Shown here piece after piece: positions 46,732 to 59,299 of a stretch of DNA of 64,000 nt. The notes beneath the pieces are model-generated. The model was not told where the DNA came from, searched no databases, and saw only the letters and a program-made list of their open reading frames with translations. The translations under genes were made by a program, and so were the position numbers. The stretch comes from Guillardia theta CCMP2712. Its lineage: Eukaryota > Protista > Cryptophyta. The stretch spans positions 248,001-312,000 of the forward strand of contig NW_005434631.1 in the NCBI RefSeq assembly GCF_000315625.1, given 5' to 3'. Numbering within the stretch: position 1 is the first letter of the stretch; each line of letters opens with the position of its first letter.

Positions 46732-49630
46732 ATGCAGGCTATCGCACGATCTGGGAGGACGCTGACCGCACTCGTCATTTCGACTGCGATCATTTTTGCT
46801 TTTATCCTAATCCTCGCTCAGAGGAGGGAAATCACCTCCTTGAGTCAGCGCCAACGGCAGTCGCTGCAGACCCTCGAAGACGTGTTCTCAGCTCCTCTAG
46901 ATGCTGTGGGAGGGTTTGTGGTCAATCACCTGCCGGACTTAGCGATGAAAGAAGCAGGAGCAAGAGCAGGAGCAGGAGGGGAAGGGGTGGGAGGACGAAC
47001 GAGGCCCGAGCGAGCGTCTGGGCTGAGCATGGGAGGCATGAAGGTAGGAACGACCCTCCAGCTCCAGTCCAACAATGGGCCATTGCAGCTTACCATTGAC
47101 TCGCCGCCCGACAAGCATGGTGGCGTCAAGGTCCGTGTCCGCGGGCGCGAGGGTCAGTATGAGGCAGTGCTGCAGGTCAAGAGGGATGGAGTCAGTGAGG
47201 GGGGGAGGAAGGGGGAGGTCAGGGTGCTGGACGTCGGGGAACTTCGTCCTTCAAGCACGAGTGCGGGGAACAAGAAGCTAAGATCGCTGAAGCTTGTCTC
47301 AATGCCGCAAGGATGGTACGCCTACGACCCGATGGAAGAGATATCGGGCAAGGAGACGAGGTTTGCTGGCATCCATATCGAAGCGCCGTCATGCGGCTGC
47401 CCTGGCTGCCCATGTGATGCAGAAGCGCATCTGAAGGTGAGCCTGTCCTTTGTGTTGATGACAATGTTGGAGGAGGAGGTGGTGGTGGAGGGGATGATGA
47501 TGGTGACGGTGATGGGAGTTAGAGGTAGTCGATGGTTCGAAGGTGAAGGAGGAGGAGGAGATGAGGATGATGTCTTCTTGTCGAGCTCTCGAAACCGCAT
47601 CGCACCTCCTCTGATGGCTGCATGTTGCGCTTGATGGCATGTGAGCGAGCTTCTGACGCTGTTGGCAGATTGATGTCTTCTGTCCTCCCTACATCGCTCC
47701 TGACCATGGCAGCGTGTGGTACAAGGGCAGGCAATTCAACGACTCCACCTCGGAGGTTCCGACCAGTCGGCGTTCAATCAGGATCGGCTCAAAGACGCTG
47801 CCGGTGGCGCAGAAGGGAGACATCCCGGAGGGAGATGTTGTGCAGATCACTTGCAATGAACATTTTCAGGTTGGTACCTCAGTGTTGAGATGATGATTGG
47901 GTGAAGTGTGGTGTTCTGCTTGCTCCCGCGGTCGTTCCTTCGTCTCTGCCTCCTCCTCGCTCTCCTCCCTCTAGCTCCAGCTTCTCCTTGCTCTCCCTGC
48001 CTTGTGACCTTGTCCTACAGCTGTCGCGCGAAGGGTCCGAGATTCCTCGCTGTCTGTCCACTGGAGAATTTCAGCGAGGAAAGACCTGCGAGCCCATCAT
48101 GTGCTCTGCCTATTACCCCCCGACAACGGAGGCGTCTGGCCGGACACTCCCGTACAGGTATGATCACCATCGCCTTGCCTTGCCTCTCCCCTCCTCTCCT
48201 TCCCTCCCCTCTCCTCCCTTCCCCTCTCCTCTCCCCTTGGCTCTGTCAGCTCACTTCCCGTCCTCTTCGCAGGCAGGCACCACGGTGACGGTCTACTGCT
48301 TCGAGGGCTTCGAGGAAGACTACGGGGATCACACGGAGAGCAGGAAGCCTCCTCCTCCGCAGGCGAGACTGCGGCCAGGGAGCATCCGCAATGCGCTGCA
48401 GAGCCTGCGGAGCGGGAAGTGGAGGAAGCTGCTGCCAAGCCGACAGCAACTGACCACCTCGAGAGCGGAGGCAGTGACGTTCAGAGGAGGAGGGGGGAAA
48501 GGGGAAGCAGGAGGAGGTGTGGGGAGAGGTGTGGGGAGGGTGCGGCATCCTGCCATTGGGCGTCTGTTGAGGTACAAGGCGCTTGCTCGCCTGCGGGAGA
48601 GGCGGGAGGACAGGAAGAGGAGGATGGCGAGGACGGGGCTCCCGGTGCTCCCTATGGACGACGTGATGGGAGGAAGCCAAGAGGCTGTGGATGAGGCTGT
48701 GCAGCACTTTGTGGATACAGGGACGACTGGCCTCTCTCCTCCATGGGCCCACAAGCGGGAGACTATGGCGGAAGCTCTTCGATCTGATCCTTCCCTTGCT
48801 CGCCCCCGCCCCCGGGTCTCTTCTCCTCGCCATGGCAGTGGAGGAGGAGCCAGGAGGCTTCTGTCTGTGGAGGAGGAAGAAGGGGTCGCCAACACGAAGC
48901 GGCGGCAACAGTGGAGGAAGAAGAAACACCCCATGTGCCTGGACAGTGGGAGGTTCGAGCAAGGAATCACTTGCAAGCCGATCCCAGGGGTCCCTCCTCC
49001 TCCTCCTTCCTCTCGCCCTCCTCCTCCTGGAAGCCGAGCAGCCACCACTATCTCTTCTCCTCCGCAGCCGCTGGACTTTCCTCCAGTCGCTCACTGGTCT
49101 GCGAACCACCCCCCCCCTCCTCTAAACCCTTTCCTCCCCTACTTACTTTTCCATGACAATCTCATCTATCACTTCTTCTGATCTGACGTTCTCCCCCTGT
49201 ACTCTCTTCAGCTCCCCTCCTCCCTTTCCCCGTCCTCCTCGTCTTCTCGGCGACTTGACCTTCTGCTCAGCCCAGCCTACGTAGCGCCTGAGCATGGGAG
49301 TGCCTGGTACAAGGGGAAGGAGCACAAGATAGCGACCCCTGGGCCCATTGAAGAGAGACAATTCGTTACCATCACCTGCGATGTACGTGAAGGCTGATTC
49401 TCCTCCTCCTCCTCTCCCTCTGTTCTTTTTCTCCCCGCCGCCGCTGCTTCTGCTCCTTGTGCTGCTGCTGACGCCACCGCCTCGTCCTCGTTGTTTTTTT
49501 CTTTTTTCCTCCTCTTTCGTTCTCTCTGAATTGTTTCCCTTCTCTTATCCCACTCTCTTTCTGTTTCCAGGAGTACTACAGGCTCAGCGATCGCGGATCT
49601 CGCTGGCCGGAGTGTCTGCACGATGGGCAG
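46732..49630 (+). CDS. Type II membrane/secreted protein with Sushi/CCP-like Cys repeats (runs into gap)
   Basis: N-terminal TM LTALVISTAIIFAFILILA and CGCPGCPCD. Repeated motifs ITCNEHF..PRCLSTGEFQRGKTCEPIMC, VYCFEGF..PMCLDSGRFEQGITCKPI, ITCD..YYRLSDRGSRWPECLHDG. Confidence 0.6.
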
Positions 49631-49722
49631 GTGAAAACTACTTTTTCTTTCTACCTCAAAATCCCTCCCTCCCTCCCTCCCTCCCTCCCTCCCTCCTTCT
49701 CGTCTCCTCGTCCTCGTCAGTC

Positions 49723-49822
49723 NNNNNNNNNNNNNNNNNNNNNNNNNNNNNNNNNNNNNNNNNNNNNNNNNNNNNNNNNNNNNNNNNNNNNNNNNNNNNN
49801 NNNNNNNNNNNNNNNNNNNNNN
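49723..49822. other. Assembly gap (100 N)
   Basis: Run of n bases. Confidence 1.
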
Positions 49823-49974
49823 CTATACATCATTACAACTTCCACCTCGCCGACTTACTTCCTCCTCCTCCTCCTCCTCACCTCCCCCCGCCCCCCTTCT
49901 CCCCCCCGTCAAATATTCATCGTAATGATCGTCATCGTCATTGTCATCGTCGTCGTCGTCATCATTCATCTTAC

Positions 49975-51960
49975 TCTTGCGCCACTACTGAAAGTCCCGC
50001 GGCTTTGCACAAGCCCTCGAGGTAGACTGCATTGATACGTCTCATGTCACTTGCAAACTGAGGAAACTGAGCGAAGTTACCCGCCGATCTTGTCACGCTG
50101 GAATCTTCCTGCATCGTCTTGGTGAGGATCTCCGGATACTCGCAACGTCTCTCCTTCACCTTGTCAACGATGAAGCCTTCGGTACAAGCATTCTCCTGCG
50201 GGAGCCAACAAGAAACACTCTCAACACACAACAGGAGACGCACTTGTGCCTGCTGTGACCTTGAGCACGATGACTCCGTCCTCCTTCAATCCCTTGTTGC
50301 AGATCGTCAACATCGCAGCAAGAAGCAGCAGCAAGAGAGCAATGCACCCGCTTGCATCGCATCATGAAGGCAACGAAGTCCTCATCTTCAAATCTCTTCA
50401 CTTCAACAGTTCACTCGTGAAGATGGCAAGTACCCGTAAGGTGTCCAATCACCCACTGGATCCAGATCACATCGTACAATCCTAGCAAACTCAGTCGATA
50501 ACTTGCAAGTGAGTTCAGATCGAGATGGAGAAATATCACGAAACATGATTGCGCGCCTTGTCGCTTTCCCTCAGAATGCTACACATGACGGAGGCTTTTA
50601 CCTTGCTGAGGAACCCAGTCCTGGAGGCCGATCTGAATGTAATTTCCATCATTGAAGCCTGCAAACCCATCACACATCGGCAACAACGCATGCTCTGTTC
50701 CTCACCAGAGAGTTCTTTCTCGGCTGTTTGCAAGAAATGAGCCACCTGGACATGTCAAGATCACAACTTGACATGTAGATGTGATTCGATATCACAGGCT
50801 CAACGAGGTCCACGGCCTTGAAGTGATTGCACAGAAATCCCTTGCTGATCCGCCCGATCCCTGCCCCTACACTCTCCTTTCACTCTCCCTTGCCGTCCTC
50901 TACCTCAGAGCTCTGACAGACCGCAGTCAGCCGCTCTCCCGGGCTCTGTCAGCTTCAAGTGCCCCTACAGACATCCGTCAGGTCGACGAGGAAGCAGCTC
51001 CGTCGCTCTCGCCACCTCTCTGAGCAGAGTCTGGTAGAAGAGCTCCGACTCTTCAAGGTCCACGTCCGTCACCTGCCGCATCGTCATCCTCCTCCTCGCA
51101 TCTCCAGCTGACGCGCTGACGTGCCCAAACCCTCCCAGCACGCCGTCGACGCTGGCCGGCACATCCTCCCAGTACTTGATCCCTTTCCCTGAGAACAGAG
51201 AGGTCAGAGAGTTCTGGCCGTCTTGTCAGGACGATGCGGGGGACGCAGACACGTTCTGAAGCGAGCATCTCAACTTACCATACCATCCTTTCTCGCTAGT
51301 CGGATCCGCCCGATCGAGCTCATTTTTCCACCTGGACGGCATGGAGGTGAACATGAACATGTTGATGGTCGGCGGTGGCGGACATTTCATCTCGTGAGTA
51401 GTAAGTGTTGCCCATGGAGTCCTTTGCAACAGTCAGCAACTTCAAGGTTGACTCTGTCTCCCACCGTGCCCCCTTCGACACCATCGATGAAAATCTTGCC
51501 TTTTCCCATGTTGTTGCCTGCACACATCGATGGGTACAAGTCATATCATGTGAACCAGATGGGATGATGTCGATATCAGATCGTGCAATCTCACTCGAAA
51601 AGCAAATTGACTCTCCAAGCACTTGTTGATTCTGAGAGTAATCCTTTACACAGGGGGCGCTACAGTGATGGATGTACCTGGAGCAGACAGAACAATACAA
51701 CGAAGTAGAAAGCTCCAAGTGCCAAGGCTGATATCTTGTTGTGTATGTCTGTGCTGATCAAGCAAGTTAACGTAGGTAGTCCAACTTATCCCACAGCTCT
51801 TCCTGCACTTCCTCTGCACTACCGGAGCTTCGCATGCTTCTCTCATCAGCTCTCTTGCTGCCTGCATCCCTCTCATCAACCCTCCTCGCACGGCTGCATC
51901 GCTGCATGGCTGCATCGCTACACGTGCGCTATCGATCTGCATTTCATTCCCGCCATCCCT
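49975..51960 (-). CDS. NTMT1: Alpha-N-terminal protein methyltransferase (NTMT1/Tae1-like); 3' end probably in gap
   Basis: WY|GKGIKYWEDVPASVDGVLGGFGHVS, GAGIGRISKGFL, VDLVEP, WIQWVIGHLT, DEDFVAFM, ENACTEGFIVDK|EDSSVTRS. Start uncertain. Confidence 0.85.
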
Positions 51961-52006
51961 CATCCCCGCACAGACTGGCAGAAATTGTCGGGACACTTTT
52001 TATTAC

Positions 52007-52044
52007 TTTACTCAAAGTTAAGTTAAAAATCAGTACGAGGACAA
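52007..52044 (-). repeat. Isolated copy of the retroelement-tail motif
   Basis: tttactcaaagttaagttaaaaatcagtacgaggacaa is nearly identical to 39938-39979. Confidence 0.85.
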
Positions 52045-52749
52045 TCAGGAGAGTAGACTCGGGGGCTGCAGGCCGGGAGCATCCAGACGGTTGGACGCCC
52101 TCGGGGCTCACTGAGTACTGAGTGAGGCTCGCCGGGCCTGATTCAGCCGAGGCCCCGCCCGCCGCTAACTAGCCGAGGCTGAGGCTCGGATGATCGGATT
52201 GGACAAGGCGGTCGGACAATATTCGGATCCCGGGCCATCCAAATGGTTGACAAACTTGTACTAGTATGCAGGAAAATTCACATCCAAGTTGTCGAGAAAT
52301 GACGTTTGGCACTGAGATCAATCTGACTGGGTTGCTAATTATGAATCGAATAACAATAGCGTCAACGAGCTGAGTCATTGGCGCTGCGGTGAATCCACTC
52401 GAAGCGATCCTGTATGAGAGTCACAGCAAGCGCAAGAGAGGGTCAGATGAGCCTCCATGCTCTCGCACCGCAACAGCTTGCTTCCCACGCGTATGAATCA
52501 AATCAACGAGGAACTTGTCTGTCGGTTTTTCGCCTTCAAACAGAACATCTCGTACTGAAGACGCATCAGAGTCGCAGAGACACGCAAGTTCTGCTCAGAC
52601 CTGTCTCATTCTCCTCTATGAGATACTGAGAACACGTCAGCGATCAAACATGTGCATCGCACGCTTACCATGTCCTCTGCGAAGGACCATTGGGTCCGGA
52701 GAAGCTCGTCACTTAGTTCACCCTTGAGGTACTGCACTGCAACAAAGCG

Positions 52750-53880
52750 TCACGCCCATCGGTAAATTCGCGAGAGTTGTAGAATGTCAAGTACCTGCCA
52801 ACTCCATCTTCCCGTTGAAAATGATTCCTGCGTGAATAACCTGTTGAGCAGTGAATCAACTGGACCCACAACTCCCAACGTTTTCAACCGCATGCTTGCT
52901 GCGTTTGGTTTCCCTCATAATATCTTCAACTTGTCTTCAGACCAAAAGGTCAATCATTCATACAGGTACAGAAATTTGCTTCCATACTTCATAGACTCGG
53001 TTTGTCTGGTTTGCTTCGCGACAAGTGTTTGACCAATTGTCTATTGCAGACAGTTCTCAATTGGTTGCTTTACAAACAAAAGTACTCACCTTCTCTTCCT
53101 CATTCGCAGAATGCTCGTCAATGGTCTCCTCCTGCTGTTCGGATGTCGCCTAGAGCTTCAGGTAAGTCGAAAAGTAAAAGCACAACCTGAATCACATATT
53201 TCGGGGATGGTACTTTGGTGAGATTCCTATTTCTCAGATCCTGATACTCGGCCTGCAGTATTCAGTCACACCAATCGTATTCTGAATCTGGTATAAGTCT
53301 CCAAACTCACATGCAGCTCCTTTCTAAAATGCTCACGCATCGATTGCCAAGATCGGGACGTAATCTATTTTCAGGTCACAAACCACTGCATTTGCAAGCA
53401 CAACAACCTTGGCATTCTCTGCTTCTTGCCAGAGTTTGTTTCCTTGCATCCGTAGGTTTCCTTCCTAGATGATCAGATCAGACACGCTTGCACCGATGTC
53501 GCGATAAGAAGCACACCTGACCCAAGAGGAAATTAAGGATTTGGATGTCTTCTGCCCTTGAATACTTTGCTCGACTTTGGAAGGTATGTCAGCTCTTGAT
53601 ACTTGCACAATTCGGGAGTTTACCTCATCTTCCTGAATGAATGCGCGAGTGTAACTCGTTTCCTGCCTCAGAGTCTTGTCAATGTCATGACTAACAAGGG
53701 GACCAAAACTTTCAGCACGCACAGCAGACGATTCATCTATCTTCTATGTGCATGTGAGCAAGCTGATGCTATGATGACGATGATGCAGCTTGATGTGTAG
53801 CAACAGACATAGCATTGCCGCATCGTCAGCCATCAAGGGATATAATCCCTGACACTCCCCCTCCCTCCCTCCCCATGGCG
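52750..53880 (-). CDS. Possible multi-exon hypothetical gene
   Basis: Series of short open segments with splice-like borders. No family recognised. Confidence 0.25.
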
Positions 53881-54011
53881 CGCTTGCAAATTTCGAACTC
53901 GACCACGAACTTGAACTTTGACCTATCAAACTTCGAAACCTCGGAACCTCCGGCCCTCTGAAGTTTGAGATGTGAAAGTTTCAAACTTTGAGCGAAATCG
54001 ACGAGTCTCCT

Positions 54012-55438
54012 ATGGAGGCGCTACCGCAGCGGCAAAAGTTCCGCAACCGCAGCAGCACCAAAGGACGCATGGACTCCTCCTCCTCCTCCTCCTCCTCCTC
54101 TGAGCCCCTCACCAGCACCAGCACCAGCACCAGCACCAGCACCAGCACCAGCACCAGCACCAGCACGTCCTCTTTGATCGCATCACTGTTACCGCCATCG
54201 ACCTCTACCTTCATACCGTCAGACCATGCTTCCAACCCCAGCTTCAATCCAAACTTACCAACTTCTGCTTCTCGTTCTACCTTGACATCTCATCGACTGC
54301 CTCGGGACGATGGCCACTCGGAAGAGGCTTCCAACCGTGAATGTTTTGACGACAACTTGAAATCCCAAGAATTGTGTTCCGAATACAGCAATCTCTGTCA
54401 TGGACACTCTAGTGCACCGATCGAGATCAGAACTTCGAGGTCGAGCCGACCGGGTTTACAAGACGACATGACACAGAGCGAATCAGAGCGACAAGACTTT
54501 TATTCACGATGCACTCATTTCGTGTCCATCCCTGTGGACAATGTGTCCATCCTCCAGAGAGTTTCGAATGTACAAAACTCCATCGTTGACAAACAGCCAC
54601 ACCTGCTCCCCGGTGACATTGATATGACCTGAAAAGATGCTAGATTGACATATTCTCAATGCCAGCCTTGATTGACACAAGACAACTGCACATGACATTG
54701 GTTGCAGTCTCGATTGAAAAATCGTTCGAGAATGAAATCTTTTCTGCTTTTCTTGGTGAGTTTTTGGGTTTGTGTGTAGACTTTTGACTCAGTATGTGCG
54801 TAGAAGAGATGGGTACACAAGCCAAGAAGTACTTTGCACAGTCTCCCCTGCTCACACTTTCCGGTAAACAACATAATAAGGGTTTGACGTGCCCATTTTG
54901 AATTTCGATTCGCAGGAATCGGTCATTTCGACGAGCGGGTGATGTGAGTTGCATGTACATTGTAACATGCATGTTTCCGACACACACATTGCGAATGGAT
55001 GTGATCATGGTTTGCTGCAGATACCTCAAACCCGAGAAAGGAGATCTGCTGGATCGTTTGTATGACTTTGCTCTCGACCTGAAAGCATTCTTTTCGAGAT
55101 TTCCTGGTGAATGGCTCAATATTCAATCAATTGCCTTCTCAAGTGATTCTCCATAGGGTCCTCTGTTGAAGATATGGTGTTCCGACCGCACGTCACGATC
55201 TTAAAACTCTCGAAACTTCCTGAAGGCTCGAAGAAACTGATCAAGAACGTGAGCAAGGACGTGTGGTTCGAGCACAGGTAGAAGCCTATCTTGCTACCTT
55301 ATATGCATGCATGAGGTACATGGAATGACTGTGAGATGTAGAGACATCAAGTGTGGAACTCAAAGGATTTCTCGAGTGGAACTGAATGCAATGCGCATTG
55401 ATAGGACTACAGGGAGATATTATTGCGAGAGATGGTGA
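54012..55438 (+). CDS. AKAP7-like 2H phosphoesterase (2',5'-phosphodiesterase/LigT fold)
   Basis: Ser/Thr-rich N-terminus, then CTHFVSIPV, first HxT motif LHMTL (~54686), second FRPHVTILKLS (~55180) and C-terminal GRYYC. Confidence 0.8.
54111..54166. repeat. (ACCAGC)n repeat encoding poly-(TS)
   Basis: About 9 tandem hexamers. Confidence 0.9.
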
Positions 55439-56342
55439 TTGTTTTTGAACCAGTGTACAATATTCTCTTACTTTACATCAGTATGTCCACATCAAGCAAC
55501 AAGGCAATGGCGCCAGCGCCAGTGACCAGCATGGAAAGGGGCGATGTTGTTGGTATGAATCATGAAACAACAGAAGTCCTCATAGGGGACAAGGGCGTCA
55601 CCGCCGACAGGAAGGGGAAGCGGAGAGGGCGCTTGCAGCAGAACTACATGCCTCCTAGCTAGAGCACTAGCGGGGGATAAACCTGCAGATAAACTTAGAG
55701 GAGCAGCGTCGCCTTCCCGCCATGCTTGTTGCCCTCAAAGGTACCCGATCTTTGCCTGCACGGATACCTCCTCCCACCCCCATGTTCCCCTTCAAAGAAG
55801 GGGGTGGGGTGATGATATTTGCCTGTCAGTTGACTTTGAGGGGTGTTGGTCCCTGGCTAGGGTATGAGGATGAGGTGGGATGGGGTGGGTGGGTGGAACG
55901 GAATTTCCCATCACGGGTACTGATAATCAGTACGAATTCTGTAGAGTAAGGTACGGGTCATTGACGGGGTACGGGTCATGGTTGCACGGGTGTGTGATAT
56001 GGCACATAGGTGGGGTCCCAAAAAATCAACCATGCAAGGCCTGTTGGCAGAGCATGCGGAAAGGGAAGGCGGGAGGGAGACGGAAGGAGGGAGAGGGGGA
56101 GACGAAGGAGAAGAAAGGACTTGATACAGACCACGAGAGGACAAGAGAACTGACACATCATACCTGGTGCATTTTCATTCAGAGGATGATCAGTGAGGAG
56201 CAATAGGTCAGCTTAAGGAGAAGCCAGTAGCGCAGAGCTGGAGGGTAGAAGGAACTCGCGAGGCCGCAGGAGAGCATGCCTTAGTCTTTTGCTTGCTGAC
56301 ATGAATCTGATGCAGTGACTCTCCTCGAAGAAAACCTTCAAA

Positions 56343-57489
56343 ATGGGCTGTGGTTCAAGCACAAATAAGAATGACATCATTCAACCGATGACGAGCACGC
56401 CTGTCAAACAAGTCAAACCCGTCAGTGTTGACCAATCCTTGGGCAAGCCCATCAGCAGCCCACAGGCAGTTGCCACTCCAAATACTGAAGCTGCAGAACC
56501 CATCAAACCGCCGAGCGAAGCTCCCAAGGCCGTGAAAGTCGAAAAGGAGTCGCAGAACTCTCCTGCAGAACCCACTCCCTCCGAGAGCAAGAAGCAGAGT
56601 TCAAGCATCATCGGGGAGGATGACAAGCTCGTCGAAGATTCGTGGAAAGATTGCGAAAACAATGTATCTCGTTTTTATCTGCCCGCTCGCTCCTCTAGGT
56701 TGCTCATACTCCTGCGTCAGTTACAGGAGTATATCGACAAGTTCGTTCTAAGAATAGTCGCGTCCAACTCAAGATCACGAGGCATCTTCACTGTTGACGG
56801 TAACAACTTTTGATTCAAGTTGTGTTCATTGTTTTCAACTTACAAACCTCGTGGTGTATGCAGAAGAAAGCAGAGTAGAGGAATCCAGCAAAGCAAAGGC
56901 TACCGAGCTCTTCGCAGCGGTGAGCATGCTATGTTCTGACCGCTCATGCATTGAACTCTTATGCCAGGTTGGCCGATCCATCGCAGGGCTACAGGACTGC
57001 GAGAAGTGTGTTGAGATCCTCAAAGTGAGCTTCCTGTGCTGCTGCCTGTCGGCTGACTCCTTTTGGGGAACCACAGGAATACAAGTTCGGCGTCAAGCCA
57101 GAACAATTCTTGGAGATAGCCGACATTGTTTCAGCTGTTGTATGTGAGAACGGCAATGATTCCTTGAAGTCTGCATGGAGAATCTCAGTGTACAAGACAG
57201 TCCAGGTGAAACAATCTCGCTCTCTTCATCACTAGTAACCATGTTCTCGAAACAGAAACTCGAAGATCGCCTGAGACAGGAATATGAAGGTCTTTCACGG
57301 GACCCTTCGGCTGTCGAGCCGGAGTGGAACCAGAAGCCGGTTAGGCTTCCTCTACGTAAGATCCGTTGCCTTGCACCTCCTTGCTGATTCGAATGTGCTT
57401 CAGAGACTACGATGCAATTCGGGACTCCCAGCACCCTCAACAGTCAGATCAGGCCAATGGACAGCAACAGCAAGTTTCAAGCATTCTGA
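56343..57489 (+). CDS. N-acylated globin-like protein (multi-exon)
   Basis: MGCGSS N-terminus and Pro/Ser linker. Spliced domain DKLVEDSWK..FVLRIVASNSRSRGIF..KAKATELFAAVGRSIAGLQDCEKCVEILKEYKFGVKPEQFLEIADIVSAVV..LKSAW follows the globin A-H helix pattern. Confidence 0.7.
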
Positions 57490-59299
57490 GACATGCTCAT
57501 TCATGCTGTGCATCGTCTTGGATTTCATTCAAATCCATATGGCAAGTTTCAAGTTTGCACAGCATGATAACGGAACAGGAGCCTCGGGACAGATCCGATG
57601 CCGCGGGGTCGGGCGTGTCAGCAGGCAACGGTTACCGGAGAGAGAGCAGCCGGTGGCAAGGTCGCGGAGGCCGGGCGGAGAGGACGTGACAGCTCAGTGT
57701 GCGGGCCCGCCGAACGGTAACCAGCGGCTGCTCAATTGGCACGAGCCACACTGCCGCAGCTCCGACAGCTCCGAGTCGCTGGGTCCGCCGATGATCCAAG
57801 ACTCTCAGTCCCGGAGTCCGATCTTGAATCGGCGAACTTGGAAACCGCCGCCGCAGCCCGGCAGCGCGCCGGGAGGCTCATGTTCGGAGCCTGCAGGCTG
57901 GCGCGGGCTCGGATGACGGTCACAGTGCTCAGCGCCGGGCGGCCGCAAGAGCGATCAGATAACACGGTCCGCTGACGGTATGCGCCGTTCCGCCGCCGAC
58001 CCGAGTCCGATCATCCGATCGCCGCTGATGCCCGCCGGGCATCACTGACGTCGGAGCCTCCGAGCGCGGCCAGTGGTACCGCACCGGGTCCGATCGGACT
58101 CCCCGCCGGACTGGGAGGGCTCCGAGTCCGGGCCGATGAAGTCAATAAACTTGAAAGTTAGCCGTAGTTCGGACTAAGTCAGTTCAACGGTCACCGGGTT
58201 CAACGGTTAGTTCCGCCGCCCGGCCGGCACTGGGCATACCGTACCTAATAGGGCCGCCTAGTACCGTACGGTCGTACGGCCGGGCGTGGCCGCGGCGCCG
58301 GCGCAATCGGGGAGTCACGGCGGCAGGCGGGCGCCGACCGTGCGGCCGAACCAGCACTGGCATGCCCGGCCAGTCACTGAGTCATGATCCGAATGGGCCC
58401 CGGGGGCCGATCGGCCGGGGCTACGGCACTGCCGCATGAGCAATGATAGCGACGGTCGATCACCTAGTACCACTGAGATGTCATGGTCACACGCCCCGCC
58501 CGTCCGTTACGGCCAGTAAACTTGGCAAGGCTACCGTCGCAAAACTTGAAACTCCGAGCCGTCCCGACGGGGATAAAACCTTGCCAAGGAAGGTACACCC
58601 CGTTTGAGAGAAAGAGACAAAAGGAACTAAGGTGGGGTCTATGCAGGGAGAAATAAGGGGTCACCGGGTGGTTTCCAATGCCAGATAGCAGCACCGTGTC
58701 CCCTCTGCTAGCATCATTGATGACGATGCGATGCGGTTCGCAGCACGTGTGTGACATGCGTGTAGTCAAAAGGTCGGGGTTAAGAGAGTTGCTGACCCTC
58801 TAGAAGTCTCAACGAATTCCAAAAAGAGTGTTTTGAATCCATTGCATGTCCAAGATGCCTCAAATCTGAGGATCACACTGCTTGGGAAGAAGACGTCTGT
58901 CAGCAGACTTGTCTCGAGGGTGGGGTGGGTAGCTCTATAACGATAACCCCATGTTTTAAGGGTTTTCTTGAGTCAAAAGGAGGGGTAAGCGAAATGTTCT
59001 TTCCTAGGCTGAGGTTAATAATATCTGATGTAACTGCGACGAAGGGGATCGTAGAAGAGAAGAGAACGAGGAGGAGAGGCGGGAAGTAAAGTTTACAGTG
59101 TAAGAAAATACACGACAGGAGCACACGATTCTATGATGGGAGATGAGCATAACGAGGGGAAAATGGGGCTTTTGTGTGGTGCACTGAGAAGCTTTAGGAC
59201 GAATCAACTGTTCCTTATTGTTCGATTTCTGTTCAATGATTTTCTCTCTTCCATGCAGGCTCGGATTTGCAAAGGACGTACCAAGACCAAGCTTCGATC

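Noticed and set aside
57284-57975. ORFs in the GC-rich island downstream of the globin-like gene
   Set aside because: Low-complexity Arg/Gly/Pro translations caused by stop-poor GC-rich DNA.
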